A DNA stretch of 64,000 nt, taken from the NCBI GenBank assembly GCA_964574365.1, contig CAZNND010000008.1, forward strand, positions 7,121-71,120, read 5' to 3'. Below the pieces are notes generated by a model that was not told the DNA's origin, made no database searches, and was given only the letters and a program-made list of their open reading frames with translations. Positions 9,170-18,118 of the stretch are shown here, piece after piece; positions within the stretch are counted from its first letter, which is position 1, and each line of letters opens with the position of its first letter. Both the position numbers and the translations under genes were made by a program. The stretch comes from an uncultured Limnohabitans sp. (lineage in GTDB: Bacteria > Bacteroidota > Bacteroidia > Cytophagales > Cyclobacteriaceae).

Positions 9170-10678
9170 ATGAAAAAATTTAATTACCTACTCACACTCA
9201 TGGCTGCATTTGCGCTTGCTTTGACAAGCTGTGAAGAAGATGAAAAACCCGACAATGGTGTCACTATTGAAGGTATTCCTGCTACGGCAAGAATTGATGC
9301 TGGCGCTACCTTGGGCCCAGTAAATGCGACAATCAAAGGTTTAGACGGACTGGTATCGCTTGCTATCACTAAAGACGGAGCACCTTTAACTACTGCCCCT
9401 TTATCTGGTACTTCAGCTACTGTTCCATTTTCCTACACTTCGCTTCCTGTTGATGCAGGAAAAAACGTGGTATTTGAATTTAAGGCTACTGATATAGATG
9501 GTGATATAGCTACTGCTACCCACGTGTTGACGGTAGGTGCTGAACCAACTACGATACGAGTCACCGGGAATATCACTGCCAACGCTACTTGGGTTACTGG
9601 AAAGACTTACATTTTAGGAGGCAGAATAACCGTCACTAATGGTGCCAAACTGACTATTCAAAAAGGAGTAATAGTTAAAGGAGAGGCAGGAACAGGTGCT
9701 AATGCAACTGCTCTTATCATCGCGAGAGGTGCTCAAATTGATGCACAGGGAACTGCGACAGAGCCGATTATATTCACTTCTATTGCGGATGAGATTCAGC
9801 CAGGTCAAGTTGCATCTCCAAATTTGGAGCCTACCTTAGAAGGTCTTTGGGGTGGAATTATTGTATTAGGTAGAGCGAGAAGTTCTTTTGCAGGTGATGT
9901 TCAGGAAATTCAGATTGAAGGTATTCCTCCTTCTGACACCAATGGTCTTTACGGTGGTACAAATGACGCGGATAATTCAGGTATCATCAAATTTATCTCT
10001 ATCCGCCATGGTGGTGCTAACATTGGCGAAGGCAATGAGATCAACGGATTGACTCTAGGTGGGGTAGGTTCCGGTACAGTAATCGAAAATGTAGAAGTAG
10101 TTGCCAACCAAGACGATGGTATTGAGTGGTTTGGTGGCACAGTATCTGTAAAAAATGCATTGATCTGGAACTCAGGTGATGATGCTGTAGATACTGACCA
10201 AGCTTGGGCCGGTACATTAGATAACTTTATTGTGATTTGCGGTGTGAATACCGACCACGCATTGGAAATTGATGGTCCTGAAGGTTCTTACAATGCTGCA
10301 CATACAGTGAAAAATGGTTCTGTAAAAGGTCACCCATCTTCTGAATTTGGTGATTTCAGATCTGGTGCTAGAGGTACATTCGAGAATATTTATTTCTTCA
10401 ACTTCCCAGCGCCATCAGCAAATAACAACGCCGGTAGAGGAGATTTTTCTTTGAGTGGCGACGCTACCCTTGCAAACTTTGCAAATGGAGTATTGAACTT
10501 CTCCAAGTTGGAAGCAACCCTCGCCGAAGGAGTTACTCTTCAGCAAGCATTTAGAAACGGAACAGATGTGCATGCCAGCACAGTAGCTCTAAAAGCCAAC
10601 ACGGTGGGTGCTAACAAAGCAGCCTTTACCGGTTGGACTTGGGCTGCCGCAGCAAACGCGCTAGCCGACTTCAAATAA
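9170..10678 (+). CDS. surface lipoprotein with N-terminal Ig-like domain and parallel beta-helix-like repeats
   Basis: Lipobox ALTSC after the signal peptide. Repetitive G-x-I/V-x-V-x-N-G turns (ITVTNGAKLTIQKGVIVKG, ENVEVVANQDDGIEWFGGTVSVKNALIWNSGDDAVD). Sits 85 nt upstream of a TonB-dependent receptor. Confidence 0.75.
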   Translation: MKKFNYLLTLMAAFALALTSCEEDEKPDNGVTIEGIPATARIDAGATLGPVNATIKGLDGLVSLAITKDGAPLTTAPLSGTSATVPFSYTSLPVDAGKNVVFEFKATDIDGDIATATHVLTVGAEPTTIRVTGNITANATWVTGKTYILGGRITVTNGAKLTIQKGVIVKGEAGTGANATALIIARGAQIDAQGTATEPIIFTSIADEIQPGQVASPNLEPTLEGLWGGIIVLGRARSSFAGDVQEIQIEGIPPSDTNGLYGGTNDADNSGIIKFISIRHGGANIGEGNEINGLTLGGVGSGTVIENVEVVANQDDGIEWFGGTVSVKNALIWNSGDDAVDTDQAWAGTLDNFIVICGVNTDHALEIDGPEGSYNAAHTVKNGSVKGHPSSEFGDFRSGARGTFENIYFFNFPAPSANNNAGRGDFSLSGDATLANFANGVLNFSKLEATLAEGVTLQQAFRNGTDVHASTVALKANTVGANKAAFTGWTWAAAANALADFK

Positions 10679-10762
10679 TTATTATATCTAAAGAAGAGGG
10701 AAGGACTTGTTTGAGATGCTTCCTTCTTCTTTTCATTAAAAAATTACCTAATAAAAAGCTGT

Positions 10763-13666
10763 ATGAACAAGAAAAAACAGGTCTTAACATTTAGACCGCT
10801 AGTTATCCTATTTCTCCTTATTGCATTTCAATTAATTACAGGTTTTGTTTTTGCGCAAACGGGTACCATTAGAGGGGCTATCTTTGATGAAAAAACAGGC
10901 GAGCCGCTATTTGGTGTTTCGGTTCTTGTGAAAGAAACTTCGACGGGTGCCATCACTGATTTTGACGGTAAATTTGAAGTGAAACTTAATCCTGGTACTT
11001 ACACACTTCAAATCTCTTACATTTCTTATTCCACTTTGACATTTACAGATGTTCTGGTAGAAGCGGATAAAGTTGTTGTTCTGCCAGATCTTTTACTAAA
11101 AGAAGAGGCATCAGAATTGGAAACTGTTACGGTTTCTGCTTCTGCGATAAGAACTACTGAGTCCGCATTAATGTCTGTAAAAAGAAATGCCCCCAATCTT
11201 TTGGATGGAATTTCTGCAAGTACATTTAGACAAATCGGAGATGGTGATGCTGCTTCAGCTGTAAAGCGTGTGACGGGAGTTTCCATTGAAGGAGGAAAGT
11301 ACGTGTATGTTCGTGGCTTAGGCGATCGATACACCAAAACTGTTTTGAATGGGGTGGATATCCCTGGATTGGATCCGGACAGAAATACCATCCAAATGGA
11401 TATTTTTCCTACCAATGTGATCGATAACATCATTGTTTCCAAATCATTTACAGCGGAATTACCCGCAGACTTTACTGGTGGTGTGGTTGATATCGAAACA
11501 AAAGATTTTCCTGAGGAAAAGACCTTTAGGTTAAGCATTTCGGGAGGTTTAAATCCTGCTATGCACTTTAATTCAAACTATTTAGCTTACAAAGGAGGTA
11601 AAACAGATTGGTTGGGTTTTGATGATGGTACCAGAGCTAACCCCACAGGTGGGAGTACAACTATCCCCCAATTTGCAGATGTGGTCGGTAATCCAAACAG
11701 TACAAGAGGTCAGGAATTTCAAAATATTCTAAGAGGTTTCAACAAAACATTGGGAGCGTCACCGCAAACTTCCCTTATGGATTTTGGCATTAGCCTTTCA
11801 TTGGGTAACCAAATTGTAAGACCAAAAGCTACTTGGGGATATAACGCGGCATTGACTTATAAAAATGATACTGAATTTTACCAAGATGCGCAATTTAATC
11901 TTTTTGCCAAGCCAATCAGCCAGTCCGTAACGGAGATGGAAGCTTTGGAAAGACAGGTAGGTAATTATGGCGTAAATAGTGTTCTTTTGGGTGGATTAGC
12001 CGGTATTGCTTTAAAAACACAAAATTCTAAGTACAAACTTAACTTTATACATCTCCAAAATGGGGAATCGAAAGCTGGCATATTTGATTTTGTTAATACC
12101 AACCTTGGAGCAAACTTCGAAGCAAAACAGTATAATCTAGAATACAGTGAAAGAGGGTTGTCCAGTGTTTTATTTTCTGGCACACATTTTTTCAAGAACC
12201 GAGCATGGGAAATAAATTGGAAACTTGCCCCTACCCGATCTACGATTGATGATCCAGACATTAGATTTACACGATTTAGAGAGCCCAATATGACTATTTC
12301 TTCCGAAGTTGGCTTGCCAGCAAGGATCTGGAGAAATTTGGAAGAGATCAACTTAGTTGGAAGAATTGATTTAGCAAGAAATTTCAAACTGTGGAATCAA
12401 GACGCCAAATTGAAATTTGGAGGTTCATACACATTCAAAGAAAGGGAGTTTGAAATTCAGAGTTTCCAGTTCCCAACAGGAAATGTTCAACTTGATGGTA
12501 ATCCAAATACTATCCTTAACGAATCGAATCTATTTTCAGCTACAAACAGAAATGGAGTGAGATACAACCCTGATTTTATTCCAAATAACCCGAATAAATT
12601 TCAATCAGATCTCTCAAATATTGGAGGATATGTAAGTGCTGAGGCTAATCCTCTTCCTAAGCTGAAGTCTATTGTCGGCCTGAGAGTTGAAAAATATTCC
12701 CAATATTATTCAGGAACTAACCAAAATGCCACTATCGTTTTTGATGATAAAGAAGTATTGGAGGACCTTGATTTCTTCCCAACTCTTAATCTGGTTTATG
12801 GATTGAAAGAAAATCAAAACTTGAGATTCTCCGCTACCCGAACCATAGCAAGGCCTTCATTCAAGGAACTTTCTTTTGCTGAAATCCTGGATCCGATCAC
12901 AGGCAGAACTTTTATCGGTGGCCTTTTCCAGGAAACTACCAATGGAGGAACGGAAGTACTTTGGGATGGAAACTTAAGATCGACCCGAATCAACAATTTC
13001 GATGTACGCTGGGAGGCTTTCCAGCAAAGAGGTGAAATGTGGTCCGTGGGTGCATTCTATAAGACCTTTGAAAACCCGATTGAAATCGTACAGTTCCTCT
13101 CCGATCCAGGTTCTTTCCAACCTCGAAATGTCGGTAATGGAACCGTTTTGGGGGTGGAAATGGAATTCAGAAAATCACTCAGCTTCCTTTCCTCGAGATT
13201 GGAAAACTTTCTTTGGACCGCCAATTTGACCCTTACCGAATCTCGAATCAACATGTCGGCTACCGAGCTGAAGTCTAGAGAACTTACAGCAAGAGAAGGT
13301 CAAAAAATTGGAACTACACGTGATATGGCTGGTCAGGCCCCTTACATCATTAACACAGGTATCTCTTACAATAATTTCAGTAATGGTTGGGAGGCAGGAT
13401 TGTTTTATAATGTTCAGGGACCTACCCTTAATTTGGTTGGCTTTGGAAACAGAACTGATACCTACGCAGTGCCGTTTCATGCGCTGAATTTGAATATTAA
13501 CAAGACTTTTGGGGCTGACGAGCGCATCCGAACCAGTTTGGGAATTCAAAATTTATTGAATGATAAGCGAGAGATTATCTTTAGCTCATTTGGAGCTCAG
13601 GATCAAATTTTTACTCAGCTTGCACCCGGCACGAGAGTTAATTTCAGTGTAGGATTTTCTTTCTAA
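10763..13666 (+). CDS. TonB-dependent outer-membrane receptor with CarboxypepD_reg-like N-terminal domain
   Basis: Signal peptide, then GTIRGAIFDEKTGEPLFGVSVLV (carboxypeptidase-regulatory-like), a plug region (KRVTGVSIEGGKYVYVRGLGDRY), and a long barrel ending in an aromatic terminal residue (...VGFSF). Confidence 0.9.
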   Translation: MNKKKQVLTFRPLVILFLLIAFQLITGFVFAQTGTIRGAIFDEKTGEPLFGVSVLVKETSTGAITDFDGKFEVKLNPGTYTLQISYISYSTLTFTDVLVEADKVVVLPDLLLKEEASELETVTVSASAIRTTESALMSVKRNAPNLLDGISASTFRQIGDGDAASAVKRVTGVSIEGGKYVYVRGLGDRYTKTVLNGVDIPGLDPDRNTIQMDIFPTNVIDNIIVSKSFTAELPADFTGGVVDIETKDFPEEKTFRLSISGGLNPAMHFNSNYLAYKGGKTDWLGFDDGTRANPTGGSTTIPQFADVVGNPNSTRGQEFQNILRGFNKTLGASPQTSLMDFGISLSLGNQIVRPKATWGYNAALTYKNDTEFYQDAQFNLFAKPISQSVTEMEALERQVGNYGVNSVLLGGLAGIALKTQNSKYKLNFIHLQNGESKAGIFDFVNTNLGANFEAKQYNLEYSERGLSSVLFSGTHFFKNRAWEINWKLAPTRSTIDDPDIRFTRFREPNMTISSEVGLPARIWRNLEEINLVGRIDLARNFKLWNQDAKLKFGGSYTFKEREFEIQSFQFPTGNVQLDGNPNTILNESNLFSATNRNGVRYNPDFIPNNPNKFQSDLSNIGGYVSAEANPLPKLKSIVGLRVEKYSQYYSGTNQNATIVFDDKEVLEDLDFFPTLNLVYGLKENQNLRFSATRTIARPSFKELSFAEILDPITGRTFIGGLFQETTNGGTEVLWDGNLRSTRINNFDVRWEAFQQRGEMWSVGAFYKTFENPIEIVQFLSDPGSFQPRNVGNGTVLGVEMEFRKSLSFLSSRLENFLWTANLTLTESRINMSATELKSRELTAREGQKIGTTRDMAGQAPYIINTGISYNNFSNGWEAGLFYNVQGPTLNLVGFGNRTDTYAVPFHALNLNINKTFGADERIRTSLGIQNLLNDKREIIFSSFGAQDQIFTQLAPGTRVNFSVGFSF

Positions 13667-13688
13667 TTTACATACAGCTTTTTTATAC

Positions 13689-13722
13689 AAAAAAACCATC
13701 CCGTGTGGGGTGGTTTTTTTTT
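13689..13722 (+). terminator. rho-independent terminator after the TonB receptor
   Basis: AAACCATCCC-GTGT-GGGGTGGTTT followed by a T run. Confidence 0.75.
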
Positions 13723-13734
13723 ATAGGTAGATTC

Positions 13735-14622
13735 ACTTCTTTGCCAGTGGAACTGCAATCATTACAAGATATTTGGTTCGATATTCAGCGTTCGATACTT
13801 GTCCACCGAAGGAGGACTCGACATTAATTATTATGCAGATACGTTATTTTGCCAGTAGAAAATAAAACCGATAAAATTTTAAACCACTAAGGACACCAAG
13901 GTCACTAAGTTTTTTTAATCCGTTCATCCTTGGATTTGTACTCGGTCTAAAGCCTATTAATTCTACATCTTTTCAAGAAAATTATATTTCAGGACATTAC
14001 CTGTCCAGGAGAATTTCTGGAGGGCTGAAAGCTAAATCTTTAATTTCTAAAATGTGCCAAATAATAATTGGATTTGGGAAGTGCCTTTATTTTCCCATTC
14101 CTCTCCAAACGTTATGCTTTTCTTTTTGATTGATCTATGTGTATATACTCTTCTTTGCCAGTGGAAAATAAATTCGATAAAATTTTGAACCACAAAAGAC
14201 ACGAAGGACACAAAGTTTTTTTTCGAATTCCTCTTTTTTCGAGTTTATCAATTTTTGGACTAAAATCAGGTTGGTTAATCGTTTTTCTAAGAAATCATAG
14301 GTTATGTACACAACCTGTCCCGAAGAATTTCGGAAATGTTTAAAAGCTAATGCTTGGATTTCGAGGGATTAAAGTTCAAAATTGGAAGGTTGTGTGTGTG
14401 TTGAATTTTCCATCTTGCTCATCACTTTATACGCTTCTTATTTATCGATTTATACCCCAAACTCAAGCAAAACAAAATTTGGCTACTAGTAAGGTTCCGT
14501 ACATCCATATTAATTATTTATCGTCCACTATACAGCCCTCAGAAGTCATTTCTTTCTTTTTATTCATTTTTTTCGCTCGTTTCAACATCAAATTTGGCTA
14601 CTGCCAGAATTAGGTATATTCC
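13735..14622 (+). repeat. array of family B repeat elements (about 2 full copies plus terminal fragments)
   Basis: TTTGCCAGTGG termini at 13741, 13850 and 14156. Cores CGATAAAATTTTRAACCAC plus three 9-mer iterations at 13870-13910 and 14175-14216. Right-end modules AAATTTGGCTACTRG at 14477-14516 and 14590-14622. The track ORFs 14137-14343 and 14350-14613 lie in this repeat and look non-coding. Confidence 0.75.
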
Positions 14623-14688
14623 TATTTTTTAATCATGGATTTTGAGACCAATTAGCTTCTCGAATTGGAAAATTGACTACTTTGAATC

Positions 14689-15180
14689 ATGTTTAGTAGA
14701 ACAACTTTTATTCTGGCAATGTTGATTGCGACATTTGAATTTCAACAGCCCTCCTTTGCTCAGGGAGAAATGCCCTCCGAAAAATTTTGGGAAAATCTTC
14801 AGGCCCATTGTGGAAAGGCCTATGAAGGTAAATTAATTTCACCGGAATCTGATCAAAGATTTGAAGGACGATTGGTTATGCAGGTTAGATCCTGTGAAGA
14901 AGGACGTATACGAATTCCGTTTTTTGTAGGCGATGACCCTTCCCGTACTTGGGTGCTGAGTCTAGAGAATGAAGGGCTTATTCAGCTGAAGCATGACCAC
15001 CGACATGAGGATGGATCTGAAGACAAAGTCACACAGTATGGAGGAAAAGCTTCCAATACAGGTTCAGCTACTACTCAGTTTTTTCCTGCAGATCAGTTTA
15101 CTGCCGATCTGCTCCCCGCCACCGTAGGTAACGTTTGGTGGATTACCTTGGATGAGACTTCTTTTTTACTTATAATCTGA
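14689..15180 (+). CDS. secreted hypothetical protein, possibly truncated by a frameshift in a T6 run
   Basis: Signal peptide MFSRTTFILAMLIATFEFQQPSFAQ. After the T run at 15162-15167 another frame stays open for 34 more codons (TYNLRRLGSSTVFIVKFDFTQPIEVPDGPWGWVD) and ends at 15272. Confidence 0.6.
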   Translation: MFSRTTFILAMLIATFEFQQPSFAQGEMPSEKFWENLQAHCGKAYEGKLISPESDQRFEGRLVMQVRSCEEGRIRIPFFVGDDPSRTWVLSLENEGLIQLKHDHRHEDGSEDKVTQYGGKASNTGSATTQFFPADQFTADLLPATVGNVWWITLDETSFLLII

Positions 15181-15284
15181 GACGATTAGGTTCGTCCACC
15201 GTATTTATTGTGAAGTTTGACTTTACCCAACCTATAGAGGTACCTGACGGACCTTGGGGATGGGTGGACTAAAATGAATGAAGC

Positions 15285-15725
15285 ATGAATAATTCCTTTA
15301 TCGAAATGTGGAGAGAGGGAAGAACCCGATTTTCCAAACTTCTTGAGACTACAACAGCGTCAGATTTGTCTAAGCGAAATGGAGGCAGCCCTAATTCTGC
15401 AGGATTTTTAATTCGCCATATTGCAGAAGTGGAGCTTCTTTTTGCGAAAAATGTTTTTGGCTTAGCTGAAGTGAAAATTGTTGCAAAAACACTGATTGCA
15501 GGAAAAGATACGGGAGAATGGACTGATCTTTCTGAGCTTAAAGAAATCTCTGCCTATGCTGCTGAAATGCTGGAGAGGGCAATTTTGGCACAGTCAAACT
15601 GGGATGAAATTATAGAAACTAAGGAGTTTGGGAAAAAGACAAAAGCAGAATCCTTGGGAAGAATTACTACACATACCGCATATCATGCTGGTCAATTAGC
15701 CTTGGTCTTAAAATATGGTAAGTGA
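15285..15725 (+). CDS. DinB-family (four-helix bundle) protein
   Basis: His triad context (IRHIAEVE ... HTAYHAGQLALV), 146 aa. Confidence 0.7.
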   Translation: MNNSFIEMWREGRTRFSKLLETTTASDLSKRNGGSPNSAGFLIRHIAEVELLFAKNVFGLAEVKIVAKTLIAGKDTGEWTDLSELKEISAYAAEMLERAILAQSNWDEIIETKEFGKKTKAESLGRITTHTAYHAGQLALVLKYGK

Positions 15726-15728
15726 AGC

Positions 15729-16220
15729 CTAGGTTAATTTTTGGATGATTTCTTCCGAAGCGGGATAGAAAGGGAGTAAATCTGCCGCAGTAAAAAGCTC
15801 AAAATCCCTGAAATCAAAGCCTGGAGCTACCACACAAGATACAAGAGCATAGCTGTCTTTCTGATCCACTGAACTGCCAAAAATAGTTTTAGCCGGCACA
15901 AGATGCTGAGGACGCGCATTGGTTTCATTAACTGGCCCAAGCTTTAGAATTTCATGCCCTTTTTCACCTAAAATATGAACGGAAAGAGGGCTTCCTTCAT
16001 GCCAAAACCAGAGTTCATCACTTTGAATGCGATGAAAATGAGAGACATCCTGAGATCTCAGCAAAAAGAATATAGAGGTAGCAAGTTGACGCTTTTCTCC
16101 GTTTGGATGATTAACTTGCTGTGATGACCTAAAAGTTTCCCCATAAAATCCTCCCTCTGGATGTGCTTGAAGTCTCAAGATATCAATCAACACATCAATT
16201 CTCCTTTCGGTTGAGCTCAT
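15729..16220 (-). CDS. cupin-fold protein, DUF985-like
   Basis: LQAHPEGGFYGETFRS ... HFHRIQSDELWFWHEG pattern, 163 aa. The wecB stop overlaps this gene's start by 4 nt (ATGA). Confidence 0.7.
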   Translation of the reverse strand: MSSTERRIDVLIDILRLQAHPEGGFYGETFRSSQQVNHPNGEKRQLATSIFFLLRSQDVSHFHRIQSDELWFWHEGSPLSVHILGEKGHEILKLGPVNETNARPQHLVPAKTIFGSSVDQKDSYALVSCVVAPGFDFRDFELFTAADLLPFYPASEEIIQKLT

Positions 16221-17311
16221 GCATAGGTCTTAATTAAAATATCAACGATTCGCTGAGCGGTCTTGCCGTCCCAAAGTGGAATTCCTTGGTATTGTTTCCA
16301 TTCTCCACGCATGATTTTTCCTAAGTAGGGTTTCAGTTTGCTTGGATCGGTACCGACCAATTCATTGGTGCCAAGCTGTATGGTTTCAGCGCGTTCAGTG
16401 TTGTTTCTTAGTGTAACGCAAGGCACATTCATAACTGAAGCCTCTTCGGTCACGCCACCGGAGTCTGTGATGACCCCTTTTGCATTTTTAACCAAATAAT
16501 TAAATTCAAGATAACCTAAGGGCTCACACATGTGAAGGTTTTTGGCATCAATTCCCAGGTTTTGAAGATTTTTAGCTGTACGTGGGTGAACAGGGAAAAT
16601 AATGGGAAGGCCTTCTGTTCCATCCAAGATCGCATCGATCATCGCCTTTAGCGAATGCTCTTGATCTACGTTTGCCGGTCGGTGCATGGTCATGACAAAA
16701 TACTGCCCTGATTCCAATTTTTCGAAATGCTCTCCTTCAGGTTTTTTGAAATTAGGCATTTGAGACATTAGGGTGTCGATCATCGTGTTTCCTACAAAGT
16801 GAATTTTCTCCTCGGGGAAACCTGCTTTTCGAAGGTTGGTATTGGCAATTTCGGATGTGGTGAAAAAGTGATCGGTAATTGAATCTGTGACCATCCGATT
16901 AATTTCTTCTGGCATACTGAGGTCACCTGACCTTATCCCGCCTTCTACATGAGCCACATCGATTTGAAGTTTTTTGGCTGCGATGGAGCAGGCAAGCGTA
17001 CTTGTAACGTCTCCCACCACGATGACTAAATCAGGTCTGTTTTCTAAAAGTTCTCGTTCGAAAGCCACCATAATTTGCGCTGTTTGTTCGGCTTGGCTTC
17101 CACCTCCACCACCAAGATTTGCGTCTGGATCTGGTATGGAAAGCTGCTCAAAAAAATCTCCTGACATTTTTTTGTCATAATGCTGACCCGTATGTACCAA
17201 CCTGAATTTTACATCGAGACCGTCTGATTTTTTCTTTTGTAGGGCATGAATGATTGGGGCAACTTTCATGAAATTGGGTCGAGCCCCTGCAACAAGTGTG
17301 AATGTAGGCAT
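16217..17311 (-). CDS. wecB: UDP-N-acetylglucosamine 2-epimerase (non-hydrolysing)
   Basis: 364 aa. GARPNFMK, HTGQHYD, GDVTSTLA and HVEGGIRS motifs. Confidence 0.9.
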   Translation of the reverse strand: MPTFTLVAGARPNFMKVAPIIHALQKKKSDGLDVKFRLVHTGQHYDKKMSGDFFEQLSIPDPDANLGGGGGSQAEQTAQIMVAFERELLENRPDLVIVVGDVTSTLACSIAAKKLQIDVAHVEGGIRSGDLSMPEEINRMVTDSITDHFFTTSEIANTNLRKAGFPEEKIHFVGNTMIDTLMSQMPNFKKPEGEHFEKLESGQYFVMTMHRPANVDQEHSLKAMIDAILDGTEGLPIIFPVHPRTAKNLQNLGIDAKNLHMCEPLGYLEFNYLVKNAKGVITDSGGVTEEASVMNVPCVTLRNNTERAETIQLGTNELVGTDPSKLKPYLGKIMRGEWKQYQGIPLWDGKTAQRIVDILIKTYA

Positions 17312-17464
17312 GAGTAGATAAGAATATGAGTTAAAATTATGAAATAAGCGCTTTAGTCTGGTATGACTATTTTAAAAACAAACATGTATTCTTCTCTTTT
17401 TCGTTTATTTTGCATGAAGTTTTATGGATTCCTTTTAATTTGAAAAGGATAAGAAAAAATACCA

Positions 17465-18118
17465 ATGAAATCGAACTTTTTCGCTTTAATTTTCTCGCTA
17501 CTTATATGCTTATCCTCCTGTGTTTAAACTGTCGAAAATCAAAGGTTGATCTATTCCAATAATTTTTCAACAGTCGATTTAACCCATTTTGAAAATGGAA
17601 GGCTCTTTGTGTGGAGAGGTGATACAATAGCAGGGTATTATAATAATGAAGAAGTTGCAGTTACTTTGAAGAATTTAACTATCCATAACTACTTGGAAGT
17701 GTCTATAGAAATCCTGATTCATGACAGCAGGGATGGTAATGCTGACGACGGAATATAAGATCCTGATTTTTGGTATATGGGTTTGGATAAAAAGGAAACC
17801 TATCCTACTACCTTTTCCAATTCCCCGTGCGTGGCCACATTTTGTCTCTATCAATCTTTTCCGAACCCTTTTTTTCGCCAAAATCAACCTAAAAGTGGCT
17901 CAATTCAAGTGAATTTACCCGGGTTTTGTACTTTTGGCACCACTGCAAATTATACCTCAAGGTATGTAGTTCAACAGTATATAGAACATTCTTCTTCAAA
18001 GGTAGGAGTGTTTATGGGGGATCAACTCAAGCAAACCAACAGTCCAAACCCACTTTGTGATGAATCCTGGTCGATTGCGGAAATAAAAGTTTTAGCTATT
18101 CAAACCCTCAATCCATGA
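17465..18118 (+). pseudogene. lipoprotein gene interrupted by two in-frame TAA codons
   Basis: ATG 17465 encodes MKSNFFALIFSLLICLSSCV (lipobox LSSC). In-frame TAA follows at 17525-17527, the same frame continues (track ORF 17546-17758), a second in-frame TAA sits at 17756-17758, and the same frame runs on to 18118. The stop overlaps the next gene's ATG. Confidence 0.7.

Noticed and set aside
11026-13549. Antisense ORFs of 60-170 aa inside the TonB receptor gene (11026-11538, 11965-12387, 12814-12996, 13057-13254, 13175-13549) and the sense out-of-frame ORF 13002-13229.
   Set aside because: They are shadow ORFs of a long intact gene. The same reasoning applies to the antisense or out-of-frame ORFs inside dsbD (28102-29713), secA (36801-39536), mutS (43400-46136), the M20 genes, glyA, tatC and the ppiD-like gene.
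14137-14613. Two plus-strand ORFs (68 and 87 aa) that could be small proteins.
   Set aside because: They coincide with family B repeat copies whose sequence recurs in both orientations at other loci. Their translations are low-complexity and not conserved in frame between copies.
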